Source: an uncultured Dehalococcoidia bacterium | GTDB taxonomy: Bacteria; Chloroflexota; Dehalococcoidia; Lucifugimonadales; UBA2985 | DNA: 64,000 nt | Assembly: GCA_964578255.1 (NCBI GenBank) | Contig: CAZOCC010000028.1 | Coordinates: 10,055 to 74,054 of the forward strand | Reading direction: 5' to 3' | Shown: in pieces, positions 63,329 to 64,000 of the stretch | Layout of the letters: each line of letters starts with the position of its first letter | Numbering within the stretch: the stretch's first letter is position 1 | The notes under the pieces: model-generated | Database searches by the model: none | Told to the model about the DNA's origin: nothing | What the model saw: only the letters and a program-made list of their open reading frames with translations | Made by a program: the position numbers and the translations under genes

Positions 63329-64000
63329 CCCAGGCTATCAGTGGACATCCCCATTTTATCCAGAACTTCTCTAATCGTGTTTCTGGCAATCTGTCTAGCC
63401 TGACTGGCTCCCTCGTCTAGAATCTCCTGTACTCTTGCTTTGTTGTCAGAAAATTCTGCTCGTCTATCTCTGAATTCGCGGAGAGTCATATTAATCCCTT
63501 CAGCCAGGATTTTCTTGTCCGCCACACAACCTATCTGTGCCGAAGTACATTGATCATATATTTCCCCTAGTTTGCCGGGATTAAAAAGCTTGTGCAGTGA
63601 GTAAACGTTGCATATTTCTGGCCTTCCCGGATCAGAGAGCCTTAATCTATCCGGATCTGTGAAAGCAGTAGCCACTCTTTTTGAAGTTTCATCCTCTGTA
63701 GCAGCTAGTTCTATGTGGTTGTCCAGACTCTTACTCATCTTTTGTTTGCCGTCCAAGCCGGTAATTAAAGGATACTCTGTCAATTTTGGTTGGGGCTCAG
63801 GAAAAGTGTACCCATAGACATTATTGAAGCGTCTAACTATCTCTCTAGCCAACTCCAAGTGAGGGAGTTGGTCTTCACCTACAGGGACTGTGTCTGACTT
63901 ATACAGAATGATATCTGATGTCATGAGTACCGGGTATCCAACCAAACCATAACTAACGGAATCTTCCGTAGTTTGCATCTGTCGCACCTTGTCCTTGAAA
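63325..64000 (-). CDS. trpS: Tryptophanyl-tRNA synthetase, 5' end outside the window
   Basis: YPVLMTSDI; VPVGEDQLPHLELAREI; KMSKS; PGRPEICN. Confidence 0.95.
   Translation of the reverse strand, partial: FKDKVRQMQTTEDSVSYGLVGYPVLMTSDIILYKSDTVPVGEDQLPHLELAREIVRRFNNVYGYTFPEPQPKLTEYPLITGLDGKQKMSKSLDNHIELAATEDETSKRVATAFTDPDRLRLSDPGRPEICNVYSLHKLFNPGKLGEIYDQCTSAQIGCVADKKILAEGINMTLREFRDRRAEFSDNKARVQEILDEGASQARQIARNTIREVLDKMGMSTDSLG

Noticed and set aside
1-64000. CRISPR arrays, IS elements, prophage or defence systems
   Set aside because: No periodic repeats, transposase, integrase, phage or defence genes were recognised; rmuC and tlyA are routine housekeeping genes

Overview
Housekeeping-rich 64 kb segment of a mid-GC bacterium. 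Gene content and style suggest Chloroflexota, probably Dehalococcoidia/SAR202-like (my inference, not a database result). In order it holds: mscS, a PAP2 phosphatase, an EamA transporter, a sufBCDSU operon with a perfect palindromic operator, guaB3, argF-der-plsY-gpsA, an M16 peptidase, tlyA, rho, pyrG, rmuC, and a T-box-controlled ilvB-ilvN-ilvC-leuA-leuC-leuD operon. Then come an 11-subunit complex I (nuoABCDHIJKLMN, no nuoEFG), an aldo/keto reductase, tRNA-Gln(CTG), trpG-D-C-F-B (no trpE/trpA), thrB, an aspartate kinase split by an in-frame TGA, a GT2 glycosyltransferase, a TPR protein, a tandem-domain ThyX and gyrA. The last part has a degenerate C26 amidotransferase-like gene, a highly divergent PEP-carboxykinase-fold protein, lpdA, gatC-gatA-Lrp-aminotransferase, an alpha/beta hydrolase, suhB and a partial trpS. 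I saw no mobile element, CRISPR array or defence island. The best candidates for something new are the PEPCK-like protein with altered metal ligands (and its amidotransferase-like neighbour), the split aspartokinase, a switch-like structured RNA between ilvN and ilvC, a Val-specifier T-box and a TPR/HIRAN-like protein. All calls come from motif recognition by eye.
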